From contig JBMFIG010000002.1 in assembly GCA_049976425.1 (NCBI GenBank), positions 1 through 64,000 on the forward strand: a DNA stretch of 64,000 nucleotides. Direction: 5' to 3'. This DNA comes from Thermoproteus sp. (GTDB taxonomy: Archaea; Thermoproteota; Thermoprotei; Thermoproteales; Thermoproteaceae). Positions 55,862 to 64,000 of the stretch are shown one piece after another; position 1 is the stretch's first letter; each line of letters starts with the position of its first letter. The position numbers and the translations under genes are program-made. The notes below the pieces were generated by a model, which worked only from the letters and a program-made list of their open reading frames with translations, did no database searches and had not been told where the DNA came from.

Positions 55862-58731
55862 GGTGGGTAGTCCTAACGCTGGCGATCGCGTTCTTGGCCT
55901 GGGCGGCAGTCCAGGCCCCGAACTGTCAGCTGGTTAACGCCACCCTCATTTCGAGCGGCGAACCGCCCCCAGAAGCGCCTATTTCGATAAGCATAGACCT
56001 CCACTTTCTAGGCATACCGAGGGCCGCGTCGATCCCTGCGATCTACGTGGCGGGCAACACATCGTATATTGCCAGCTCTGGCGGCTACGCCAGCTACGGC
56101 CTCGCGAGAGGATCTATATTTGTAGCAAATAATCCCCTTCCCTCAAATGGAAAATTCAATATAACAATATTTATAAATTATTATACTTATAAATATGATA
56201 TATATTATGTAATATATAATTGTTCAGGAACTATAAAAGAGGGCACTCTAGCGAACGTAACCGAGGTATCGCAGTCGATATATAGTGACGAGGCCGGCGG
56301 AGCGATACCGGGTATTGACTGGAGCTACGCGCGGACCGTGTATCTGCCCGCCCCGTATAGATCTCTGCCGACAGATTGGTACCTCGGGCCCAGCCTAGAC
56401 GACTACGTCGAGATATCTGTGGCCGTCAAAGAGCCGAGCGTCTTGAGCGGGCTCTCCGTCGGGCAGATAAACGAGGGCGCGCTCGGAATAAGCGCGGTCG
56501 TCAACTCGACGTCGCTGGTCTTCGGCGACGTCGCGCGAGGACTGCCGCAGAACAACCCGTTTAGGACGAGGTACTCGCCGAGTAGCTTCAGCTGGAGTCC
56601 TCAAGGATCCGAGGGGTACCTTTCAGGCTATCTCCCGTTGGATAAGGACTTCCCGAGCTCCGTGAGCTTACAGGCATGGCTTGTGCCGGAGTATTGGACG
56701 GCGCCGTTGGAGATAGAGTCGCCGAATGCGCCTGGGATCGTCGCCCTCCGCACCAGCTATATCCTGCTCAACCAGACCGCCGAGGGGCTTGTGGCCCTGT
56801 TTGATCCGACCTACAGAGTCGTGGCCGAGACCTACGTGTCGCAGTGGCCCAACTTCGCGGCCGCGGTCAGCCACCTGCTGGCCGCCGCCTCGTCGGGGGA
56901 GTTGCCCTCTCTCGGCCCGTTCGCGCTGTCGCCGTTGGCCTCCGGCTCGGGCGGATGGGAGTACTACAACCTGTATACTTACGTTGAATGGCCCGCCGAC
57001 GTCCTCTGGGAGCCTTATCTGCGTTTCGGCTCCGCCGAGATCTGGATCGAAGGAGGCTCGGCTAACGTCTACATGCCGGCGGGAGGCGTCGCGGACTTCT
57101 ACGCGTCGTTGCTGGGATATCTGATCTACGGAGGCCGCTACGTAGGGTACTCGCCTAGAGGCTACGGAGGATTTTCAGGCTACGTCGCGGTAAGTCCTCT
57201 GAGCGGCAACGTGGCGTGGGACGGACATTACGGAGGCGTCACGCTCACAGAGGTCGGCGGGTACGGAGCCACGTCGCGGCTGATCCCGTGGTCCTATCCG
57301 GCCCCCTCGGATCTGCCCACTTACGGCCTCGCGATGCTCCTATCGCGTTGGTCCTACTCGACGTCGCCGGACTATATATGGGCCACGCTTGTTGGCGGCT
57401 ATTACCAGTACACGAGCCCGGCCACCGACCCCATCACCGGCCTCACGGGTGTTGCCCAAGGAGCTGTCTTCGCCTCGCCGCCGCCCAAGGGGCCCGCCTA
57501 TCCGGCTGACGTGTACGTCTACGTGCTACAGCCGTGGGGTTCGGCGAGCCAAAGTGCCGCGTCGTATGTGTCGAGCGTAGTGAGGGGGAATAACGGCCAG
57601 CCGATCGGCGCGATTCTGTGGTCGCTGGTGCCTCTGGTCCCATGTAGGTCGCTCTCCTGCGCCGATCCTCAGAAAGCTTGGTGGAACGGCGAGTTCTCAG
57701 GGAACGCGGCGCTGAAGGGAGCGGCCTACGGGCTGGCCGTCATGTGGTTCGGCAAATCCCCCATCAGTGTAACCATATACGTCAACGCGAGCGGCGCGCG
57801 GTACGTCAACGGGTCTTGGGCTGGCTCGACGTGGCCGACGGCCGGGACCTGCAACATTTCCCTCGGCACATTCCAGCTGGAGCCCCATAAGCCGTACTTG
57901 GTAGTGCCGGGCTCTGCGGTCCCCCTCCCCAACTCGTCCGGTTGCGGGCTGGCCCCGACTCCGCCGGGCTGGCTCCTCACGCCCACAGACGATGGCTTCT
58001 TCTGGGTAGAGTTCGTAACCGGCAAAACGGCCAGCTACGGGTACTACTACACGACCGCGCTGGCCGTGAACTATACAGTATCCGACGACTTGGGCCGCCT
58101 CCTCCGCCCCGGCGAGATCTTCGCCGCCACTTTCTGTCTGGCGATAAACGGAACGAGACCATATCCCCCCTCCCTCGCCAACTGGTTCCCGTCTGGTTGC
58201 GCGCCGTTGGGCTGGCTTCCGCTGGACATATCGCATGGCCCCTACGTATATTGGAAGGCGGACTGCTCCGACGGCCAGGCAAGCGTGCGGGGCGATATAG
58301 GGCCCTACGCGGGTTTCGACGTGATGTTGGGGTCCGTGGGGCTGATGCACGGCTCCATATTATATGTATATATAAAGCCATATATTCTTGTAAATAGTTC
58401 TGGTATCTATATATATGTAGACAGTAATCTCAGTAAATATATAAAAGGCTATTATCTATATCTAAATAGAAACGGGACGTGGGTACGTCAATATTTCTGT
58501 CCAGGCGACGTGATACACATGCCGTGGAGCGTGGCCGAGAAGCTGGCCGTATATCCCTGGGATCCCGTCAAGGTACTGCCCGCGCTGAGCCTCACGGCGC
58601 TCGCCAAGTCGGATATAGTGTACCCGATACCTCAGTGGTCCACCCTGGCCAACTGGTGGTCTCTGCCAACCGATGCGGGGATGTACAGCGACCTCTCTGC
58701 GCTCGCCTCGCTCGGCTGTATCCCCGCGTAG
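55858..58731 (+). CDS. Large secreted protein, candidate pilus adhesin
   Basis: 957 aa, signal peptide, Y/W/G/S/P-rich with many sequons and no clear C-terminal TM; last gene of the pilin run. Confidence 0.72.
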   Translation: MRWVVLTLAIAFLAWAAVQAPNCQLVNATLISSGEPPPEAPISISIDLHFLGIPRAASIPAIYVAGNTSYIASSGGYASYGLARGSIFVANNPLPSNGKFNITIFINYYTYKYDIYYVIYNCSGTIKEGTLANVTEVSQSIYSDEAGGAIPGIDWSYARTVYLPAPYRSLPTDWYLGPSLDDYVEISVAVKEPSVLSGLSVGQINEGALGISAVVNSTSLVFGDVARGLPQNNPFRTRYSPSSFSWSPQGSEGYLSGYLPLDKDFPSSVSLQAWLVPEYWTAPLEIESPNAPGIVALRTSYILLNQTAEGLVALFDPTYRVVAETYVSQWPNFAAAVSHLLAAASSGELPSLGPFALSPLASGSGGWEYYNLYTYVEWPADVLWEPYLRFGSAEIWIEGGSANVYMPAGGVADFYASLLGYLIYGGRYVGYSPRGYGGFSGYVAVSPLSGNVAWDGHYGGVTLTEVGGYGATSRLIPWSYPAPSDLPTYGLAMLLSRWSYSTSPDYIWATLVGGYYQYTSPATDPITGLTGVAQGAVFASPPPKGPAYPADVYVYVLQPWGSASQSAASYVSSVVRGNNGQPIGAILWSLVPLVPCRSLSCADPQKAWWNGEFSGNAALKGAAYGLAVMWFGKSPISVTIYVNASGARYVNGSWAGSTWPTAGTCNISLGTFQLEPHKPYLVVPGSAVPLPNSSGCGLAPTPPGWLLTPTDDGFFWVEFVTGKTASYGYYYTTALAVNYTVSDDLGRLLRPGEIFAATFCLAINGTRPYPPSLANWFPSGCAPLGWLPLDISHGPYVYWKADCSDGQASVRGDIGPYAGFDVMLGSVGLMHGSILYVYIKPYILVNSSGIYIYVDSNLSKYIKGYYLYLNRNGTWVRQYFCPGDVIHMPWSVAEKLAVYPWDPVKVLPALSLTALAKSDIVYPIPQWSTLANWWSLPTDAGMYSDLSALASLGCIPA

Positions 58732-58733
58732 GG

Positions 58734-59366
58734 TCAGCTACCGAACGCCCTATCGCCGGCATCGCCGAGCCCGGGCACAATAAACCCGTTTTTGTTGAGG
58801 ACCTCGTCTATAGCCACAGCGTAAACCTCGGCTTGAGGGTATGTGGACAGCACGCGCTCTACTCCTATCGGCGTCGCTATGACGGAGGCCACCATCAGCC
58901 TTTTAGGCGAGCCTCTGCCCAGCACCTCCCGTATCGCAGAGGCCATAGTGATGCCGGTGGCCAGCATCGGATCCGCCATGAGGACCACCGAGCCCTCCAC
59001 CTCCGGAAGCCTTACGTAATATACGTCGACGCCTATGGCGCCCCCCTCCTCCTTCCTCCTAGCCGCGATGACGCCTATCTTGGCCTCGGGGAAGGCCTTG
59101 AGGAGCCCCTCGACGAGCGGCATGGCCGCCCTCAGCACCTCGACTATCACCACCTTGTCGAGATCCTCGAGCACCAAGCCCCTAGCCTCCCCCAGCGGCG
59201 TCTGGACCACGACCTCCCTTCTGGGAAACCTCTTGGCGATCTCGTACCCCATTATGCGGCCGAGCTTGACAAGGCCCTTGCGGAACTCCAGGCTGTTGGT
59301 GTTCTTATCGCGGAGTTTCGTGAGTACGTGTTGCGCGTATGGATGGTCAATTATATATACCGGCAT
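58734..59366 (-). CDS. upp: Uracil phosphoribosyltransferase
   Basis: HP...LT.LRD..T...[14 protein letters not shown] and [13 protein letters not shown]. Confidence 0.96.
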   Translation of the reverse strand: MPVYIIDHPYAQHVLTKLRDKNTNSLEFRKGLVKLGRIMGYEIAKRFPRREVVVQTPLGEARGLVLEDLDKVVIVEVLRAAMPLVEGLLKAFPEAKIGVIAARRKEEGGAIGVDVYYVRLPEVEGSVVLMADPMLATGITMASAIREVLGRGSPKRLMVASVIATPIGVERVLSTYPQAEVYAVAIDEVLNKNGFIVPGLGDAGDRAFGS

Positions 59367-59470
59367 GTGGAGCAGTAGACGCGGGTATATGAAGATAGGC
59401 CCTTGTCCCGAGAGGTGACGAGAGTTCGCGCTCTGAAGGGCAACTTTTAAAGGGATAACACCGCAGGGGC

Positions 59471-60064
59471 ATGGGTTGGCTGTATCGGCCTTATAGATCG
59501 AGCGAGGTCGTCGACTTCGTTCTGGCCATAGCGTCGGTCGCCGTCGCCTACGTCTTCAACATAGCTAACCCGATAGCCGGCGTCTTGTTGCCCACGATAG
59601 CGATAGCCATAGCCATAGTGCCCCATGAGCTGGCGCATAGACAGGTGGCCAGACGCAGAGGTTGCTGGTCGCGTTTCGTCCTCTACCAGCCCGGCTTCCT
59701 CGTCACCCTGATAGTAAACGGCCTCGTCGGCGCCTTCACGAGGGCGCCCGTGTTGTTCATATCGGGATACACGCTCATATCCTGCCACAGCTACACGCGC
59801 GAGGACGACGGCTTGATCTCTCTGGCTGGCCCTCTGACCAACATAGCAGTGGCCTTGCTGTCGCTGGCGCTCCTATCTCTGCCGATAGCCCTCGGCCTTC
59901 TCTCGATCCAGTTCTTGATCTACTTGATGAGGCTCAACGCGTTCGTCGCCTTCTTCAACCTCCTGCCTCTCGGCCCTCTAGACGGCTCAAAGATATTCAG
60001 GTGGAACATAGCCGTCTGGGCGGTCATGTTCCTGGTAGCGATCTACCTCTCGTTCATACTCTAG
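59471..60064 (+). CDS. Site-2 protease family (M50) membrane peptidase
   Basis: HELAH, AGPLTN and FNLLP..PLDGSK. Confidence 0.9.
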   Translation: MGWLYRPYRSSEVVDFVLAIASVAVAYVFNIANPIAGVLLPTIAIAIAIVPHELAHRQVARRRGCWSRFVLYQPGFLVTLIVNGLVGAFTRAPVLFISGYTLISCHSYTREDDGLISLAGPLTNIAVALLSLALLSLPIALGLLSIQFLIYLMRLNAFVAFFNLLPLGPLDGSKIFRWNIAVWAVMFLVAIYLSFIL

Positions 60065-60090
60065 CCAGAGATCGAGAATACGGGGGGAAC

Positions 60091-62562
60091 CTATCTTTCA
60101 AGCCGCGCCAGTCTGTCGAGTAGCTTCCTGTACTCGTCGCGTAGCTTCTCCACCTCCTCCCGCAACCTCTGGTACTCCGCCCCGCGATCCATGGCCTTCC
60201 TGATCTTGTCGGCGGCCTCGCGCGCCATCCTCCTAATCCTCCCGTCCACGTCCCTCTCAGCCCTTTCCTGGAGATCTGGCAGAAGCCTCGCGTCCATTAA
60301 GTCCAAAGCCGCCGTCACCGCGGCTGCCCTTATGCGGTAGTTCTCGTCGCGGAGCGCTCTGCGCAACGTCTCGAGAACCTGCGGCCTGGGGCCGAACTTG
60401 GAGAGCGACTGGACAGCCGTCATCCTGACCCACGTCGGCTTGTCCTCGGCGGCATAGCGCAGGACCACCTCAAAGGCGTTATCGCTCCCGAGCTCGGCGA
60501 GCCCCTCTATGGCGCCTCTAGTCACCACGTCCATATGCCCGCCGTACTCCAAGGCCTTCTTGAGGCTGTGTTCGGCGAACTCCCACTTGATCCTCCCCAA
60601 AGCCCTAGCCGCCTCGTATCTGACGTAGTAGCTCTCGGAGCCGTCGTGAAGCACCTTGTCCAGAAATTCGGCGGCCTCGCGCCGCCTCGCGTTGCCCAGC
60701 GCCTCCATGACGGCGCGGCGGGCCCTCGGGTGGCGCAACTCGCGGTAGGCCTCCATCAACGCCTTGACGGCATCTGCCGTGCCTATGGCGCCCAGCGCGC
60801 GGGCGGCCTCGGCTGCGACGCCCCAGAACTTGTCGCGGAGCGCCTTGGCGAGGAGCTCCACAGCCCTATTGCTCCCGTTCTTCCTCAGAGCCTCCACGGC
60901 TTGTAGCCTGCAGTACAGATGTTCGTCGTCCAACATCGCGCCGAGCACCTCCACCGGGAAGTTGAGCTCCACGACCTTCAACAGCTTGAACTCGGGGTCT
61001 ATGCAAACGTACTTAGGCCTCTCGCCCAGGGGCACCTCCAGGCGCTTCTCCGAGAAGTTCGCCGCGATTCTATCGCGCCGCCCGTCCTCGTAGACGACGT
61101 CGATCTCCAGCGGGAGGGTGTAGACGGGGAAGCTGTCGTCGGGTTGCGTCTGCTCGAGGATCACCCTCACGCCGTTGTTCTTGTTCCAAGACGCCTTGAC
61201 GACCGGGTGGCCGGCGGAGTAGAAGAACTGGCGCCACAGCCACTCGAGATCTCTGCCGCTCGCCTCCTCGAGGGCTTTCCTCAAGTCCTCTATATCGGCG
61301 TTCTTGTACCTGTGGCGCTCCAGAAACAGCTTGAGCCCTCTCCTAAACGCGTCGTCGCCCAGCAAGCTCCTGATCATGTGCAACACCACCGACCCCTTCT
61401 CGTAGGAATGTCTGTCGAAGACCTCCTCGGGTATGGCGTAGAGGTTGGTCACTATGGGCCTGGCGTAGCGCGTGCCGTACTCGTTGAGGTACGCCTTTAG
61501 GTTCAAGTAGATCTCGTAGAGATATTCATCACGGCCCTTGGAGCGCTCGGTCCAGAGAGCCTCTATGAACGTCGCAAACGACTCGTTTATGGATATGTGT
61601 CCCCAGTCCTTTGCCGTGACCAGATCGCCGAACCACTGATGGGCCATTTCGTGGGCCACAAGCGGATCGGAGGAGAAGTCCTCCTCGGCGCAGGGGAAGT
61701 CGCCGTAGGGGCAATGTGCGTGCTTGTCGTGCAGGGTCCAGTCCGTGAGTATAGTAAATGTTGCATTCTCCATACCGCCATATACGAATTCTTGGACGAC
61801 CACTTGGGCGTAGCGCTCGTACGGATAGGGAACTCCCAAATACTCCTCGAAGAACTTCATTATGTTGCAGGTGTTCCTGAAGCTGTACTGCATCGCCCCG
61901 GCGCGTCCCCTAGGTAGCCAGTATTCGAGAGCCACGTCGCCGCACTTATCCCTCACTATCTCGAAGTCGCCGGCCGCCAGCGCTATCAAGTACGGCGACA
62001 TTGGGTGTCTCATCTCCCAGATGAACGTCTGCCGGTCTCCGTCGTCCTTCACCTCGACGAGCACGCCGTTGCTCCCCGCCACGTAGGGCTTGGGGACCGT
62101 AATGGACAGCTTCCAGGGGAATTTTATGTTGGGCGTGTCGGGGAGGGGGAGCCAGTACCTATTGTCCTCGCTCTCTCCCTGCGTCCAGGCCATGGGCACC
62201 CTATAGGGGTGGTGTTTGTCCGGTAGGACGAAGTAGATGCCCTTGCGGGGCCTCGCCCTATACCTTATCTCGAACTCGGCCTCGCGGCCCGCTGGGAGGT
62301 CCAAGTGGAGCGTTATCGTCTCCCCGTCGTAGGAGTAGCTGGTCGAGGCGCCCAGCACCTCGAGCTCCACCGCGTCCAGCGCCACCTTGCGGAGATCCCT
62401 CTTGGCCCTTACCCTATACTTCACGACGCCTTTTACCTCGCGGTTCCAGAGGTCGATCTCTATATCTGCGTCGAGCTTTAGCACGTCGAAGTCGTACTGT
62501 CGCGGGAAGCGGGGGACGTATTCGGGAAAGGCGAAGTCCCTCCCCAACAAATACCTAGTCAT
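60091..62562 (-). CDS. pepN: M1 aminopeptidase with C-terminal HEAT repeats and coiled coil
   Basis: GGMEN, HEMAHQW...NESFA, YEKG and repeated A.ALG HEAT motifs. Confidence 0.92.
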   Translation of the reverse strand: MTRYLLGRDFAFPEYVPRFPRQYDFDVLKLDADIEIDLWNREVKGVVKYRVRAKRDLRKVALDAVELEVLGASTSYSYDGETITLHLDLPAGREAEFEIRYRARPRKGIYFVLPDKHHPYRVPMAWTQGESEDNRYWLPLPDTPNIKFPWKLSITVPKPYVAGSNGVLVEVKDDGDRQTFIWEMRHPMSPYLIALAAGDFEIVRDKCGDVALEYWLPRGRAGAMQYSFRNTCNIMKFFEEYLGVPYPYERYAQVVVQEFVYGGMENATFTILTDWTLHDKHAHCPYGDFPCAEEDFSSDPLVAHEMAHQWFGDLVTAKDWGHISINESFATFIEALWTERSKGRDEYLYEIYLNLKAYLNEYGTRYARPIVTNLYAIPEEVFDRHSYEKGSVVLHMIRSLLGDDAFRRGLKLFLERHRYKNADIEDLRKALEEASGRDLEWLWRQFFYSAGHPVVKASWNKNNGVRVILEQTQPDDSFPVYTLPLEIDVVYEDGRRDRIAANFSEKRLEVPLGERPKYVCIDPEFKLLKVVELNFPVEVLGAMLDDEHLYCRLQAVEALRKNGSNRAVELLAKALRDKFWGVAAEAARALGAIGTADAVKALMEAYRELRHPRARRAVMEALGNARRREAAEFLDKVLHDGSESYYVRYEAARALGRIKWEFAEHSLKKALEYGGHMDVVTRGAIEGLAELGSDNAFEVVLRYAAEDKPTWVRMTAVQSLSKFGPRPQVLETLRRALRDENYRIRAAAVTAALDLMDARLLPDLQERAERDVDGRIRRMAREAADKIRKAMDRGAEYQRLREEVEKLRDEYRKLLDRLARLER

Positions 62563-62677
62563 GGCACGATGAGGAGTCTAGGTTTAAAGCATTCCCTACA
62601 ATGGCGTTGCGGAACCTCGGCGATCTGCGAACTGGGCTCAGGCCGTATACTTTTTAAATCGCGCCTCTCGCCAATGC

Positions 62678-63793
62678 GTGATCGACAAGATAAAGCCGCA
62701 GACGGTGGGACAGGAGCGGGCTCTCAACGCGTTGTCCGATCCGGAGAACGAGATAGTGGGCCTCTTCGGCCCGACCGGCACAGGGAAATCGTTGTTGAGC
62801 ATAGCGTACGGGATCTCCTCGGTGCAGGGAGGCAAGTATAAGCGGTTCGTAATAGCGAGGCCCATCGTCGACGTCTCCACGGGCCGCGCGCTGACGCCTG
62901 AGGATCTCGGCGAGATGTACTACAAGCTGGCGGCCGTATATCTCGAGGATATCTTGGGCGAATACGCCACGCGGGAGGAGATAGAGAAGCTGTTGAGGGA
63001 GGAGACGGTCATAGTGACCGACGTGAACTACCTGAGGGGCAGGACCTTCGACGACACGGTCATATTCCTCGACGATGCCCAGAACGTCCAGCCTGACAGC
63101 GCGGCCGAGGTCCTCATAAGGCTGGGGAGAAACAGCAAGCTCATAGTGGCGGGCGATCCCGTGTTTCAGCGGAGCGAGGACGGCGCGGACGGCGCGACGC
63201 TGTTGAGGGAAGCCTTGCTCGGCGAGGAGAAGGCCGTGGTCGTGGATCTAGGCGTGAAGGACATCGTGAGGCCGGGGGCCAGGAGGGGGATAAAACTAGC
63301 CCTAGAGCTGCGCATGCGTAAGCGCCGCCTCACCGACTCGGAGAGATACGTGCACGACGCTTTCAGGGTCTACGCCCCCGATGCGGATGTCATAACCGCT
63401 ATAGAGTTCAAGGCGGACAAGGAGTCCCTAGGCATAAAGGGCGATGTCCCCGACGCCCTTGTCTTCGTGAAGGAGGGCCACTTGGGCAGGGCGGTGGGCA
63501 GAGGCGGCGAGCGGATAAAAAACGTCGAGAACGACACAGGCCTTAGGTTGCGGCTCGTCGAGATGACGCTCGATTTCAAGAACTGGATAAGGGCGTTGCA
63601 CCCCGCCGGCTGGATATCGAAGCACATACTCGACGTGGACTTCGCCGGCCCCGAGCTACTGGTGACAGTTAGGCGGAACGAATTCGGCGCCTTTGTAGGG
63701 CATAGAGGCGCCTACGTGAGGCTTATGGACCGCGTCTTCAGAAGGCTCCTGTCCATAGGCGTCCGCGCAGTGGAGGCCGAGGAGGAGAAGTGA
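62678..63793 (+). CDS. PhoH-like ATPase with C-terminal KH domain(s)
   Basis: GPTGTGKS, IARP, YLRGRTF, DDAQN and AGDP; KH motifs AVGRGGERIK and FVGHRG. Confidence 0.9.
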   Translation: MIDKIKPQTVGQERALNALSDPENEIVGLFGPTGTGKSLLSIAYGISSVQGGKYKRFVIARPIVDVSTGRALTPEDLGEMYYKLAAVYLEDILGEYATREEIEKLLREETVIVTDVNYLRGRTFDDTVIFLDDAQNVQPDSAAEVLIRLGRNSKLIVAGDPVFQRSEDGADGATLLREALLGEEKAVVVDLGVKDIVRPGARRGIKLALELRMRKRRLTDSERYVHDAFRVYAPDADVITAIEFKADKESLGIKGDVPDALVFVKEGHLGRAVGRGGERIKNVENDTGLRLRLVEMTLDFKNWIRALHPAGWISKHILDVDFAGPELLVTVRRNEFGAFVGHRGAYVRLMDRVFRRLLSIGVRAVEAEEEK

Positions 63794-64000
63794 AGATCCG
63801 CCTTCATATATTTATAAAGGGCGAGTTGAACCTGCCCGGCGTGCCGTTTAGGCATATAATGAGGGACGTGGCCAGGAGGAACAACGTAACTGGCTGGGTG
63901 CGTTTCGTCTCGGACGACGTGGCCGAGGCCGTGCTCGAGGGCGAGGAGAGAGACGTCGACGCGGTGCTTAGGTGGGCCTACGCGGGCCCGCAGGGCACCA
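63790..64000 (+). CDS. Acylphosphatase-like protein (partial, runs off window)
   Basis: Manual translation from GTG 63790: KIRLHIFIKGELNLPGVPFRHIMRDVARENNVTGWVRFVSDDVAEAVLEGEERDVDAVLRWAYAGP. Confidence 0.75.
   Translation, partial: MKIRLHIFIKGELNLPGVPFRHIMRDVARRNNVTGWVRFVSDDVAEAVLEGEERDVDAVLRWAYAGPQGT

Noticed and set aside
45632-58731. Archaellum operon, conjugative element or provirus
   Set aside because: No ArlH/ArlF/ArlG or archaellin signature, and no VirB4/TraG, integrase, att repeat or capsid gene was recognised.

Overview
GC-rich, densely coding archaeal window. Gene content (L40e, GAPOR, ADP-forming acetyl-CoA synthetase, IPK/GGPP synthase, ZPR1, apparently leaderless genes behind TATA boxes) points to Thermoproteales (Thermoproteus/Pyrobaculum-like); the taxon is an inference. 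Most of it is housekeeping or metabolic: aspartate-family amino acid genes, a sugar-catabolism block (GH36-like, GH31, GH116, POR, GAPOR, ACD, RpiA), isoprenoid genes and proteases. Four regions stand out. (1) A ~13 kb type IV pilus-like locus (45632-58731) carries a possible ParB-like gene, a MinD/ParA ATPase with an altered Walker A, a TadA/VirB11 ATPase, a TadC-like platform, five class III-signal pilins (one fused to a lectin-like domain), three leaderless pilin-like proteins, DUF192 and a 957-aa secreted protein. (2) A tnpB-only IS200/IS605 element (43283-44738) appears to have inserted inside the ATG of an HD-hydrolase gene and supplies a new in-frame start. (3) thrC has its 5' ATG out of frame, giving either a frameshift or a Thr/Ile-containing uORF. 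(4) A decay patch (6818-8375) holds an internally deleted deoC, an intact HEPN/MNT toxin-antitoxin pair and an MFS remnant. No rRNA, tRNA or CRISPR array was recognised. All family calls come from motif recognition by eye; no database searches were run.
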